Shown in pieces: positions 56,592-64,000 of a DNA stretch of 64,000 nucleotides. The notes beneath the pieces were generated by a model that saw only the letters and a list, made by a program, of their open reading frames with translations, was not told the origin of the DNA and made no database searches. The DNA comes from Firmicutes bacterium CAG:95 (GTDB taxonomy: Bacteria > Bacteroidota > Bacteroidia > Bacteroidales > Paludibacteraceae), in NCBI GenBank assembly GCA_963615025.1, contig CAVEFV010000002.1, positions 10,755-74,754 on the forward strand. Direction: 5' to 3'. The position numbers and the translations under genes are program-made. The first letter of the stretch is position 1. The number at the start of each line of letters is the position of its first letter.

Positions 56592-57305
56592 ATGGGTATT
56601 CTCAATATACTAAGAGGCGGATGGACAAGTCTTCTTGACTTATTCTATCCGCCTCTCTGTATGCAATGCCAATCACTGCTCAATAATAACGAACACTTCC
56701 TTTGTGCCGACTGTCTTCAAAACCTGCCTCGGACAGAAATGGCACAACATCGTGGCAACCGTGTCGAACAACTATTCTGGGATATATCCAAACTGCAAAA
56801 AGGAGCGGCATTCTGCTTTTACAGGCACGATGAACCCTACAGGAAACTAATACACAGAATTAAGTATAACAACAAGCCTCTTCTTGGGGAATATTTAGGC
56901 GAGGTAATGGCACGAGAATTCCTAAAACAACACTTCTTCGATACAATAGACTTCGTTGTACCTGTCCCGCTGCATCCAAAACGCCAACGCAAACGCGGCT
57001 ACAACCAAGCCGAATATATTGCAAAAGGAATAAGCAACATCACAGCCATTCCACTCGATACAACCCATCTGCAACGAGTCGTCAACAACCCTACTCAAAC
57101 AAAGAAATCATCTGCCGAACGAGTAAGAAACACACAAGGGGTATTTAGCGTGAAAATGCCTGCGAACTGGCGGGGAAAACACATCCTTTTAGTTGACGAC
57201 ATCATTACAACTGGCGCAACACTTCGTGCCTGTATGCAAGTCATTACGCCCATTCATGGTACTACCATCAGTGTCATCGCCTTAGGAATAGCCGACAGCC
57301 TCTAA
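56592..57305 (+). CDS. comF: ComF family protein (phosphoribosyltransferase fold)
   Basis: 237 aa. N-terminal Cys pairs (CMQC...CADC) and PRTase motif ILLVDDIITTGATL. Confidence 0.88.
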   Translation: MGILNILRGGWTSLLDLFYPPLCMQCQSLLNNNEHFLCADCLQNLPRTEMAQHRGNRVEQLFWDISKLQKGAAFCFYRHDEPYRKLIHRIKYNNKPLLGEYLGEVMAREFLKQHFFDTIDFVVPVPLHPKRQRKRGYNQAEYIAKGISNITAIPLDTTHLQRVVNNPTQTKKSSAERVRNTQGVFSVKMPANWRGKHILLVDDIITTGATLRACMQVITPIHGTTISVIALGIADSL

Positions 57306-57341
57306 TCCTCCTCTAATCCTCACCAAACAACTGTCGAACCG

Positions 57342-58106
57342 TCAACCTTTCTTCACGCTCTTTACTACCTTCTTCCCAATCCACACAAGGATAACAAGCC
57401 CCAACAAACCAAGAATAACAATCGACAATTCATGGCTGTATCTACTTATCAGGTCTTGTTGACCATGGGCGATATAACCTATCAATGCCAATACACAGTT
57501 CCACAAAAATGCACCTAAAAAGGTATAAAGCAGAAACGGAATAAAAGGCATACGCGCCAGACCTGCAGGGATGGAAATTAACTGACGAATACCGGGTATC
57601 AATCTGCCTATAAAGGTCGACATCTTACCGTGTTTATTGAAATAATCCTCTGCCTTCTGTACTTTCTCACTGCTTAATAAACAAAGCCTGCCTAATCTAC
57701 TATCAGAAAATTTATAGATAATCGGACGCCCTAACCAGATAGATAACCCATAGTTCACTATTGCACCGATTATAGCACCAATCGTCCCAAACAATATAAT
57801 CAACAACACATTCAGCAAGTACGAATCACTTACCTTCAAACTACTGTTTTCCTCTTCTGCTACATACACTGCAGGAGGAATAACCACTTCTGAAGGGAAG
57901 GGAATAAAACTGCTCTCCACTGCCATTAGCGCAGTAATACTATAGTAGTTCATATTCTCCGCATACCACGAAGTAACACGATCAATCAACGAGGCTTTCA
58001 CCTCCGTACTATCCACACAAGACACACTGTCTTTCTCTTGTCCTGAAACAAGGGTACTAAAACAAAAAAATATACTTAATACGAAAAAGAATCGTTTCAT
58101 ATTCAT
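57342..58106 (-). CDS. DedA/VTT-domain membrane protein
   Basis: 254 aa. ESSFIPFPSEVVIPP and GRLIPGIRQLISIPAGL motifs. Confidence 0.85.
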   Translation of the reverse strand: MNMKRFFFVLSIFFCFSTLVSGQEKDSVSCVDSTEVKASLIDRVTSWYAENMNYYSITALMAVESSFIPFPSEVVIPPAVYVAEEENSSLKVSDSYLLNVLLIILFGTIGAIIGAIVNYGLSIWLGRPIIYKFSDSRLGRLCLLSSEKVQKAEDYFNKHGKMSTFIGRLIPGIRQLISIPAGLARMPFIPFLLYTFLGAFLWNCVLALIGYIAHGQQDLISRYSHELSIVILGLLGLVILVWIGKKVVKSVKKG

Positions 58107-59540
58107 TTATTGATTATTTTTAGATGCTTCCGTCTCTATAGAATGAATAAAACTCTCTCCTTGAGGAATAATCTGAAGGAATATATCTCTTGCACTCGGC
58201 TCCAACGCAAGTGCCTTTCTCAAATGTTCCTTCGCCTCATCAAACTTATCATCCATATATTTCATCACCGCCACTACAACATAATTCCTCCAATTGTCAG
58301 GAAACAAACGAAGGGACTTTTCCAATAACTTCCTGCCTCTTTCTTCCTGACCATCGTCAAATAAAAGCATGGCACAAAGGGCATAATTCTCTTCATCGTT
58401 CGGTTCTAACTTTATGCAACGCTCAATGTATTTAATCGCAAGACTCAACTTCCGTTGTTGTACATACACTTGCGATAACAGACGCAAAGCCATCGTGTTC
58501 TTCGAATCGTAGTCAATCGCCTCTCGTAGCAATTTCTCTGCATCTTGCCAACGATGAAGTTGTGTTTTGCAATCTGCATAATAAACAAGTTGGTTAGAGG
58601 CTATATTATCTTTCTTGTAAATAATGCTATACAACTTGCTCGCTTTCCTGTAATCTTTCTTCCAGTAGGCAATATCAGCCGACAGACTTTCCACCAACGA
58701 CTCCAACAAATGGTACGATTGCACCTTCTTCGGACCCAACTCCATAAGATATGCTATCCGCTTCTCTGCCTCATCCAATTTGTCAAGAAGGATATAAATC
58801 TTTGCGGCCTCCAACAAGGCTTGGGCATTGTTCGGATTGATAGCGAACACATATTCCAACTTGCTCAAGGCTTCCTCCAACTTGTTTCCCTGCGCAAGAG
58901 CATGAGCCTCCATGCACCATGCAACTTCATTATAAGGGTCTTGCTCAATAATTCTTTCTGCCAATCGGTAAGATAAGTCCATATCATCTAAATCAAGAGC
59001 GGAAAGACTGTATTTGATAAGCGTTGCCTTGTCTAATGATTCATAATCCAATGCCATCTCCAAATAACTACATGCCAACTTTTGTTCACCTGCCTCTATC
59101 AGCAATTCCACAATGTCCGATAAAAAGTACTCTATCCCAATCTCCGTCGCCACAATACGATCGGCTGCTTCTTGGGCTTTGCCTATATTATGAATACGGC
59201 AATAAGCGGAAAAGCATAAAAAGTTCCAGTCTTCATCTTCCTCATTCGGATAAGCAAGATACTTCTTTAATGCTTTCTTGTAATTGCCGTTCTCATCATC
59301 AAAAACCCCCTCTAAATAAAAGAACTGGGGAACATCAGGGTGCTGTTTTCTTCCGACATTCAACACCTCTTTGGCCAACAACTTATCTGACTTGTCTATC
59401 TCAAAGTAAAACAAGTCAACAAGATCCTCTATGTCAAAGAATAGGGTAGTACGCCCCGATAAGAAATCTAAGAATTCTTTTTCTATACAGAGCAATCTGG
59501 CATCAACATCATTGGGAGAGGTGTTACCTAAATCTTTCAT
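58107..59540 (-). CDS. tetratricopeptide repeat protein
   Basis: 477 aa with repeated 34-aa TPR-like helical pairs throughout (e.g. AQALLEAAKIYILLDKLDEAEKRIAYLMELGP). Confidence 0.8.
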   Translation of the reverse strand: MKDLGNTSPNDVDARLLCIEKEFLDFLSGRTTLFFDIEDLVDLFYFEIDKSDKLLAKEVLNVGRKQHPDVPQFFYLEGVFDDENGNYKKALKKYLAYPNEEDEDWNFLCFSAYCRIHNIGKAQEAADRIVATEIGIEYFLSDIVELLIEAGEQKLACSYLEMALDYESLDKATLIKYSLSALDLDDMDLSYRLAERIIEQDPYNEVAWCMEAHALAQGNKLEEALSKLEYVFAINPNNAQALLEAAKIYILLDKLDEAEKRIAYLMELGPKKVQSYHLLESLVESLSADIAYWKKDYRKASKLYSIIYKKDNIASNQLVYYADCKTQLHRWQDAEKLLREAIDYDSKNTMALRLLSQVYVQQRKLSLAIKYIERCIKLEPNDEENYALCAMLLFDDGQEERGRKLLEKSLRLFPDNWRNYVVVAVMKYMDDKFDEAKEHLRKALALEPSARDIFLQIIPQGESFIHSIETEASKNNQ

Positions 59541-59989
59541 GACCCAAGCAGTTGTTTGACTTTTTCCGAAATAATACGACCGTCAGCCTTGCCTGCCAAC
59601 TGTTTCGAAGCAATCCCCATCACTTTCCCCATCTCTTTCATACTTGTAGCACCTGTCTGAGCAATAATCTCTTTCAATACGCCGACAATCTCTTCTTCAC
59701 TCATCTGTGCAGGCATATACTGTTCTATTATTGCCACTTGAGCCATCTCATTCTCTGCTAATTCAGGACGATTGGCACTTTTGTACATCTCTGCCGACTC
59801 CTTGCGCTGTTTAACCATCTTCTGTAGTATCTTCACTCCCTGTTCATCCGTCAACTCACCATTATTACCTTTAGCAGTCTTCGCCTCTAAAAACTCTTTC
59901 TTTATACCACGCAAGGTGTCCATTGCTACCTTGTCCTGTGCGAGCATAGCCTTCTTGATATCCTCGCTCACTTGATCAAATAAATTCAT
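59537..59989 (-). CDS. GatB/YqeY domain-containing protein
   Basis: 150 aa. MNLFDQVSEDIKKAMLAQDKVAMDTLRGIK is typical of YqeY. Confidence 0.88.
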   Translation of the reverse strand: MNLFDQVSEDIKKAMLAQDKVAMDTLRGIKKEFLEAKTAKGNNGELTDEQGVKILQKMVKQRKESAEMYKSANRPELAENEMAQVAIIEQYMPAQMSEEEIVGVLKEIIAQTGATSMKEMGKVMGIASKQLAGKADGRIISEKVKQLLGS

Positions 59990-60016
59990 AACTTCTTCTT
60001 TATAAACAATTAAACA

Positions 60017-61282
60017 TTACCTCCGACGCATCCAGGCAGGAGTATTCTCCATATCACTCAACTCATCATCAGTCATATTGTCAATATCGATAACCCCCGA
60101 CTCATCTTCTTTCTCCGTATCACTCCACTCAATGGTTACAGGGGTCTTCTTTTCAATTAGTATATCCTCTTCTTCCTCTTGCTTGTCTTTTTCTTCGGTA
60201 TTTTTTTTCTGAATCAAATTATCTCCATACATTTCAGCCATTGCCTCATCAACACTTTTGGTAGGCTTACCTATTTCAGGCTTCTTCTCTTCTGTCTGCA
60301 AGGCCTCTTCTATGCCTGGCAAATCATTCACACTGTAACCTGTCGCAATAATAGTTACCTTCACATCCTCACCCAAAGAGTCATCAAATGTAGCACCCCA
60401 CTTAATATCTACCTCTTCACCTACCGAGTCGCAAAAAGCCTGCACCTCATCCAATTCCTCCATACGGACAGCATGCTCCCTCGAACAATAGAAATTCAGT
60501 AATATACGACTCGCCCCATGCACATCGGTCGTATTTACCAATGGCGAATTCAGCGCATTCTCAATGGCTTTTGTGATGCGTTTCTCACCACTTGCTATCC
60601 CTACATTCATAATCGCTACATTACCATCTTTCAATGTGTTGTACACATCCTGAAAGTCAGTGTTGATATAGCCCGGAATAGTAATAATCTCGGCTATCGA
60701 TTTCGCAGCATTACAAAGTATCTCATCCGACTTACTGAACGCAATAGGCAGATCAAACTCTGGAAACAACAACTTCAGTTTCTCGTTGTTGATCACCAAT
60801 AACGCATCCGTATGCGGTGCCAACTGAGCAATACCCCGCATCGCTTTCCGTATGGCACGCTTACCCTCAAAAGCAAAAGGAATAGTAACAATACCAACTG
60901 TCAAGATGCCCATCGATTGCGCCACTTCGGCTACTGTAGGAGATGCACCCGTACCGGTACCACCTCCCATTCCCGCTGTGATAAACACCATTCGGGTACC
61001 ATCCGACAATGCCTCTTTCAACTGCTCTTCCGACTCCTCCGCATACTCTTTAGCCTTCTCAGGTCTTCCCCCCGCACCCAAACCGGGTCCCATCTGAAAC
61101 TTGCTCGGTACATCCATCTTCTCCAATGCCATACTATCCGTGTTGCAAACCATAAACGACACATCCTTTATGCCCTGACGATACATATAGTTAACAGCAT
61201 TGCAGCCACCACCGCCTACTCCCAACACTTTAATCAAGCGGGGTTCTTCGGCATCTATATTTAAGGGGAGACCATCTTTCAT
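60017..61282 (-). CDS. ftsZ: cell division protein FtsZ
   Basis: 421 aa. Tubulin signature GMGGGTGTGASP and an acidic C-terminal tail. Confidence 0.97.
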   Translation of the reverse strand: MKDGLPLNIDAEEPRLIKVLGVGGGGCNAVNYMYRQGIKDVSFMVCNTDSMALEKMDVPSKFQMGPGLGAGGRPEKAKEYAEESEEQLKEALSDGTRMVFITAGMGGGTGTGASPTVAEVAQSMGILTVGIVTIPFAFEGKRAIRKAMRGIAQLAPHTDALLVINNEKLKLLFPEFDLPIAFSKSDEILCNAAKSIAEIITIPGYINTDFQDVYNTLKDGNVAIMNVGIASGEKRITKAIENALNSPLVNTTDVHGASRILLNFYCSREHAVRMEELDEVQAFCDSVGEEVDIKWGATFDDSLGEDVKVTIIATGYSVNDLPGIEEALQTEEKKPEIGKPTKSVDEAMAEMYGDNLIQKKNTEEKDKQEEEEDILIEKKTPVTIEWSDTEKEDESGVIDIDNMTDDELSDMENTPAWMRRR

Positions 61283-61295
61283 AATACTTTCCTTT

Positions 61296-62564
61296 TTAAT
61301 CTTGGGTAAATATATTTTTTATCATTTCTTCTACTTTAGTCCTGAAAGGAGGATTGGTCAAGGGCTTCGTATGCTCTTTCTGATAGTCTGCCCCTAAAAC
61401 AATAGTGCCGATCAATGTGGCATACATAGGCTTGTAATACTCTTTTTCTGTACTCTCGTCTAACCAGTCGGCATGAGAACCTATATCTGTCGGCAAACCG
61501 GTCTTGTCCTGCAAATACGGAATAAGACCTTGCAACATCGCCCCTCCTCCCGTCACATAGATATGACCGATCCTGTCTTTTGCCTTCTCTATCTCTGCCA
61601 AAAGAGGGGCAACCATCTCATCCAAACGAGCCTTGATACACTGGGCAATCAAAGCCGTACTCAGAGTAATGGTCGGATTGTTTGCATCGGTCGAACTCAT
61701 TTTCAGCAACTGTTCCTGCTTGATATAACGAGGCGACGCATAACCAAACCGCTTCTTAAGTTTATCGGCTGTGTCGAAACTGATATTCAACGACTGCAAA
61801 TCCTGTGTAATATGGTCGCTGCCCAAAGGAACCACCTTCACCAATTGACAATAGTTACTCCCGTAAATACTCAATGTCGTCGTCTGCGCACCGAAATCCA
61901 AGATAGCACACCCCTCCTCGCAATCTCTGTCCTGCAACAAAGCAGTCATCTGGGGCAATGGTTTGGCCCAGCAATAATTAATGGCCACCTTGCCTCGGTC
62001 ACACGAACCTTTCAACTTCTCCCAAGTCTCCTCCTTCAATATGGACACGCTGTAATCTACTTTAATGTGCTGAGCCTTCTGTGTCTTCTGGGGTACCTCC
62101 GTCTGCACTTCGTCATCCAAGGTATATCGGATAGCCTCCGAATTGATGCCTGTCATTCCAGGACACTTCTTCGCAATCTTTTCCATCGACTCTTTCTGCA
62201 TCTCGTCTAACAATGGCTGCGTAATATAAGTCTTCGACGGGAAATTGCGCAACACCGGCACAATCTTCTCCTGTAGCAACCGACCACCCAATGAGAAGAA
62301 TGCCGATTGTATATCCTCCTGACAACCAATACGATTCTTTAGCAAATGCAATATCTTCCCCAACTTTATACTCGCATCCGTAGAGTTCGTTATAATTCCG
62401 TTCTTTATATAACCGCACTTGCTTATCTCCTCCACGCCCAAGATGTGAAAGGTACCGTCAGCATTCTGCGTAGCAGACATGGCACGCAATGCTGAACTGC
62501 CGAAATCAACGGCAGTAATAATCCTTGGCACTTGTACTTTTGCTTTCATACTTTTTGCTTTCAT
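61296..62564 (-). CDS. ftsA: cell division protein FtsA
   Basis: 422 aa, actin-like ATPase (AVDFGSS, FGAQTTTLS, VTGGGA). ATGA overlap with ftsQ. Confidence 0.93.
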   Translation of the reverse strand: MKAKSMKAKVQVPRIITAVDFGSSALRAMSATQNADGTFHILGVEEISKCGYIKNGIITNSTDASIKLGKILHLLKNRIGCQEDIQSAFFSLGGRLLQEKIVPVLRNFPSKTYITQPLLDEMQKESMEKIAKKCPGMTGINSEAIRYTLDDEVQTEVPQKTQKAQHIKVDYSVSILKEETWEKLKGSCDRGKVAINYCWAKPLPQMTALLQDRDCEEGCAILDFGAQTTTLSIYGSNYCQLVKVVPLGSDHITQDLQSLNISFDTADKLKKRFGYASPRYIKQEQLLKMSSTDANNPTITLSTALIAQCIKARLDEMVAPLLAEIEKAKDRIGHIYVTGGGAMLQGLIPYLQDKTGLPTDIGSHADWLDESTEKEYYKPMYATLIGTIVLGADYQKEHTKPLTNPPFRTKVEEMIKNIFTQD

Positions 62565-63295
62565 TTACGACACACAACCTGACCACGATAACGCAAATCA
62601 ATTTCCTTGTAGGGAATCCAACCCGTCTTGTTCATAGCCTCCGTGTAAAAGGTCTGCAGTTTGTCCAGTTTGCTTTCATAACCATCCAAATCTCCCAATA
62701 TAATCACATGACTGCCTATACGGGGGATCAACTCTATCTGTTTCTCTCCCACCACATGGATCTGTTCTATCTGCGCCGACCAGAAATTATCACGCTCAAT
62801 ATACTGTACAAAATCAAACAGATCCCCTTGAGCAAACGATTTGCTCACACGACCCGTCACAATCGGCACGTAAGCCGCTATCGATGCCATATCGGGCAAG
62901 ATATTCCTATCTTCATCTACAAAATAATTCTCACCGGTCGCTACTCGCAACACCGGTATCCGTTGCCACACATCCACACACACCTTCCCCTCTGTCGTCT
63001 TGTAACACACTGCCTTGCTCAATACGGGATACTCCAACACACAGTCTTCTATCGCTTGGGTCGAGATACTGCTCATTGCCTTGCCGACAGGATATACCTT
63101 GTCCTGCTTGATGCGGTTCAATAGTGTCGAACTCCTCGTATAACAACGCTCCGCACTATCGCGAATCACAATCTCTAACCCGCAGCATACACGCTCCTCC
63201 TCATGCTGAGGCACCACCACATACACAAAGCACAAATACAATACCGTAACCGCCAATGCTACACATACCAACGCTATGTGAACGCCCTTGCTCAT
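62561..63295 (-). CDS. ftsQ: cell division protein FtsQ
   Basis: 244 aa. N-terminal TM helix followed by a POTRA-like region. Positioned between murC and ftsA. Confidence 0.85.
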   Translation of the reverse strand: MSKGVHIALVCVALAVTVLYLCFVYVVVPQHEEERVCCGLEIVIRDSAERCYTRSSTLLNRIKQDKVYPVGKAMSSISTQAIEDCVLEYPVLSKAVCYKTTEGKVCVDVWQRIPVLRVATGENYFVDEDRNILPDMASIAAYVPIVTGRVSKSFAQGDLFDFVQYIERDNFWSAQIEQIHVVGEKQIELIPRIGSHVIILGDLDGYESKLDKLQTFYTEAMNKTGWIPYKEIDLRYRGQVVCRK

Positions 63296-64000
63296 TTCAA
63301 CAGTTGGGTAATCAATGGTACCAAACGGTCTATATCTCCTGCACCCAGTGTCATAATTACCTCACCACGACGACCACGCAAACAATCCAACAACGCATCC
63401 TTCTCCACCAATCGCTTGTGCTTGCACTGTATCTTGTCCAACAACATCCGTGAATCAACACCGGCAATAGGCTCCTCTCTCGCAGGGTAAATAGGCAATA
63501 GTATTACCTCGTCCAATTCCGACAACACTGCCGCAAAGGCATCCGCAAAGTCCCGCGTCCTGCTGTATAGGTGGGGCTGGAATATACCCACCAAACGCTT
63601 GTCGGGATACAATCGGCGAACCGACGATATACAGGCGTGCAACTCTGTAGGATGATGCGCATAATCGTCTATATACACAATATCAGGCGTGTTGACATGC
63701 AGGTCAAACCTGCGATACACTCCCGAATACGATGCCAATCCCAAACGCAACTCATTGGCAGTAACTCCATTCAACCATGCTACCGCCAACGCTGCAACAC
63801 TATTCTCCACATTGATAAACGCTGGAACACCCAACTTCAAATGCGCAATCGTCTCATGAGGCGTATGAAAGTCAAAATACAACTCTCCCCGCTCGGCTTG
63901 TATGTTGTCAGCATAAAAATCCGCCTCTTCTTCCACTGCGTACAAGTACAAACGCACACCATCCGCCAATCTTGGAGCAATAGCCAACCCTTTCTTCATA
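63292..64000 (-). CDS. murC: UDP-N-acetylmuramate--L-alanine ligase, C-terminal part (5' end beyond the window)
   Basis: DDYAHHPTEL and the Mur-ligase C-terminal domain. The ORF is open to the window edge. Confidence 0.9.
   Translation of the reverse strand, partial: MKKGLAIAPRLADGVRLYLYAVEEEADFYADNIQAERGELYFDFHTPHETIAHLKLGVPAFINVENSVAALAVAWLNGVTANELRLGLASYSGVYRRFDLHVNTPDIVYIDDYAHHPTELHACISSVRRLYPDKRLVGIFQPHLYSRTRDFADAFAAVLSELDEVILLPIYPAREEPIAGVDSRMLLDKIQCKHKRLVEKDALLDCLRGRRGEVIMTLGAGDIDRLVPLITQLLK

Overview
This 64-kb window looks like a chromosomal segment of a Bacteroidota genome (Prevotella/Bacteroidales-like). The basis is T9SS genes (sprA, porQ, one CTD-tailed cargo) and exact TAnnTTTG -7 promoter boxes in front of many genes. 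I can support 49 protein-coding genes (two cut by the window edges), one tRNA-Gln(CUG) and several intrinsic terminators. I found no rRNA, CRISPR array, transposase, integrase or phage genes. Core content from left to right: pta-ackA; a glycogen cluster (GH57, GT4-type synthase, debranching enzyme, NDP-sugar pyrophosphorylase); ruvA; sprA (2495 aa); cca; ybeY; a YtxH triad; grpE-dnaJ-htpG; porQ-cmk-ispH-pfkA; a MATE pump; GH43; two FKBP PPIases; a flippase; truA; GH28 plus a DUF4861-like gene; lepA; comF; dedA; and the distal dcw cluster (murC'-ftsQ-ftsA-ftsZ). Accessory-looking content: a low-GC type II restriction-modification pair (23361-25512); a low-GC orphan membrane protein behind cca (19447-20439); and two tandem paralogous unknown genes whose ~105-nt leader is better conserved than their coding sequence (1-1660). 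The most unusual signal is non-coding. Five of the larger intergenic regions (about 10.56-11.10, 22.58-23.10, 35.38-35.66, 43.99-44.62 and 52.02-52.20 kb) carry the same strand-oriented modular repeat family. Its modules are a G-depleted tract with a conserved core, 4-5 tandem 11-bp units A(G/A)GA(C/T)GAATAT, an AT-rich spacer, and head-to-tail arrays of units that begin with GTAG plus a perfect 11+11 palindrome (REP-like; 9 hairpins in total). No associated enzyme is encoded in the window. All functional calls rest on my recognition of motifs in the supplied translations; no database search was run.
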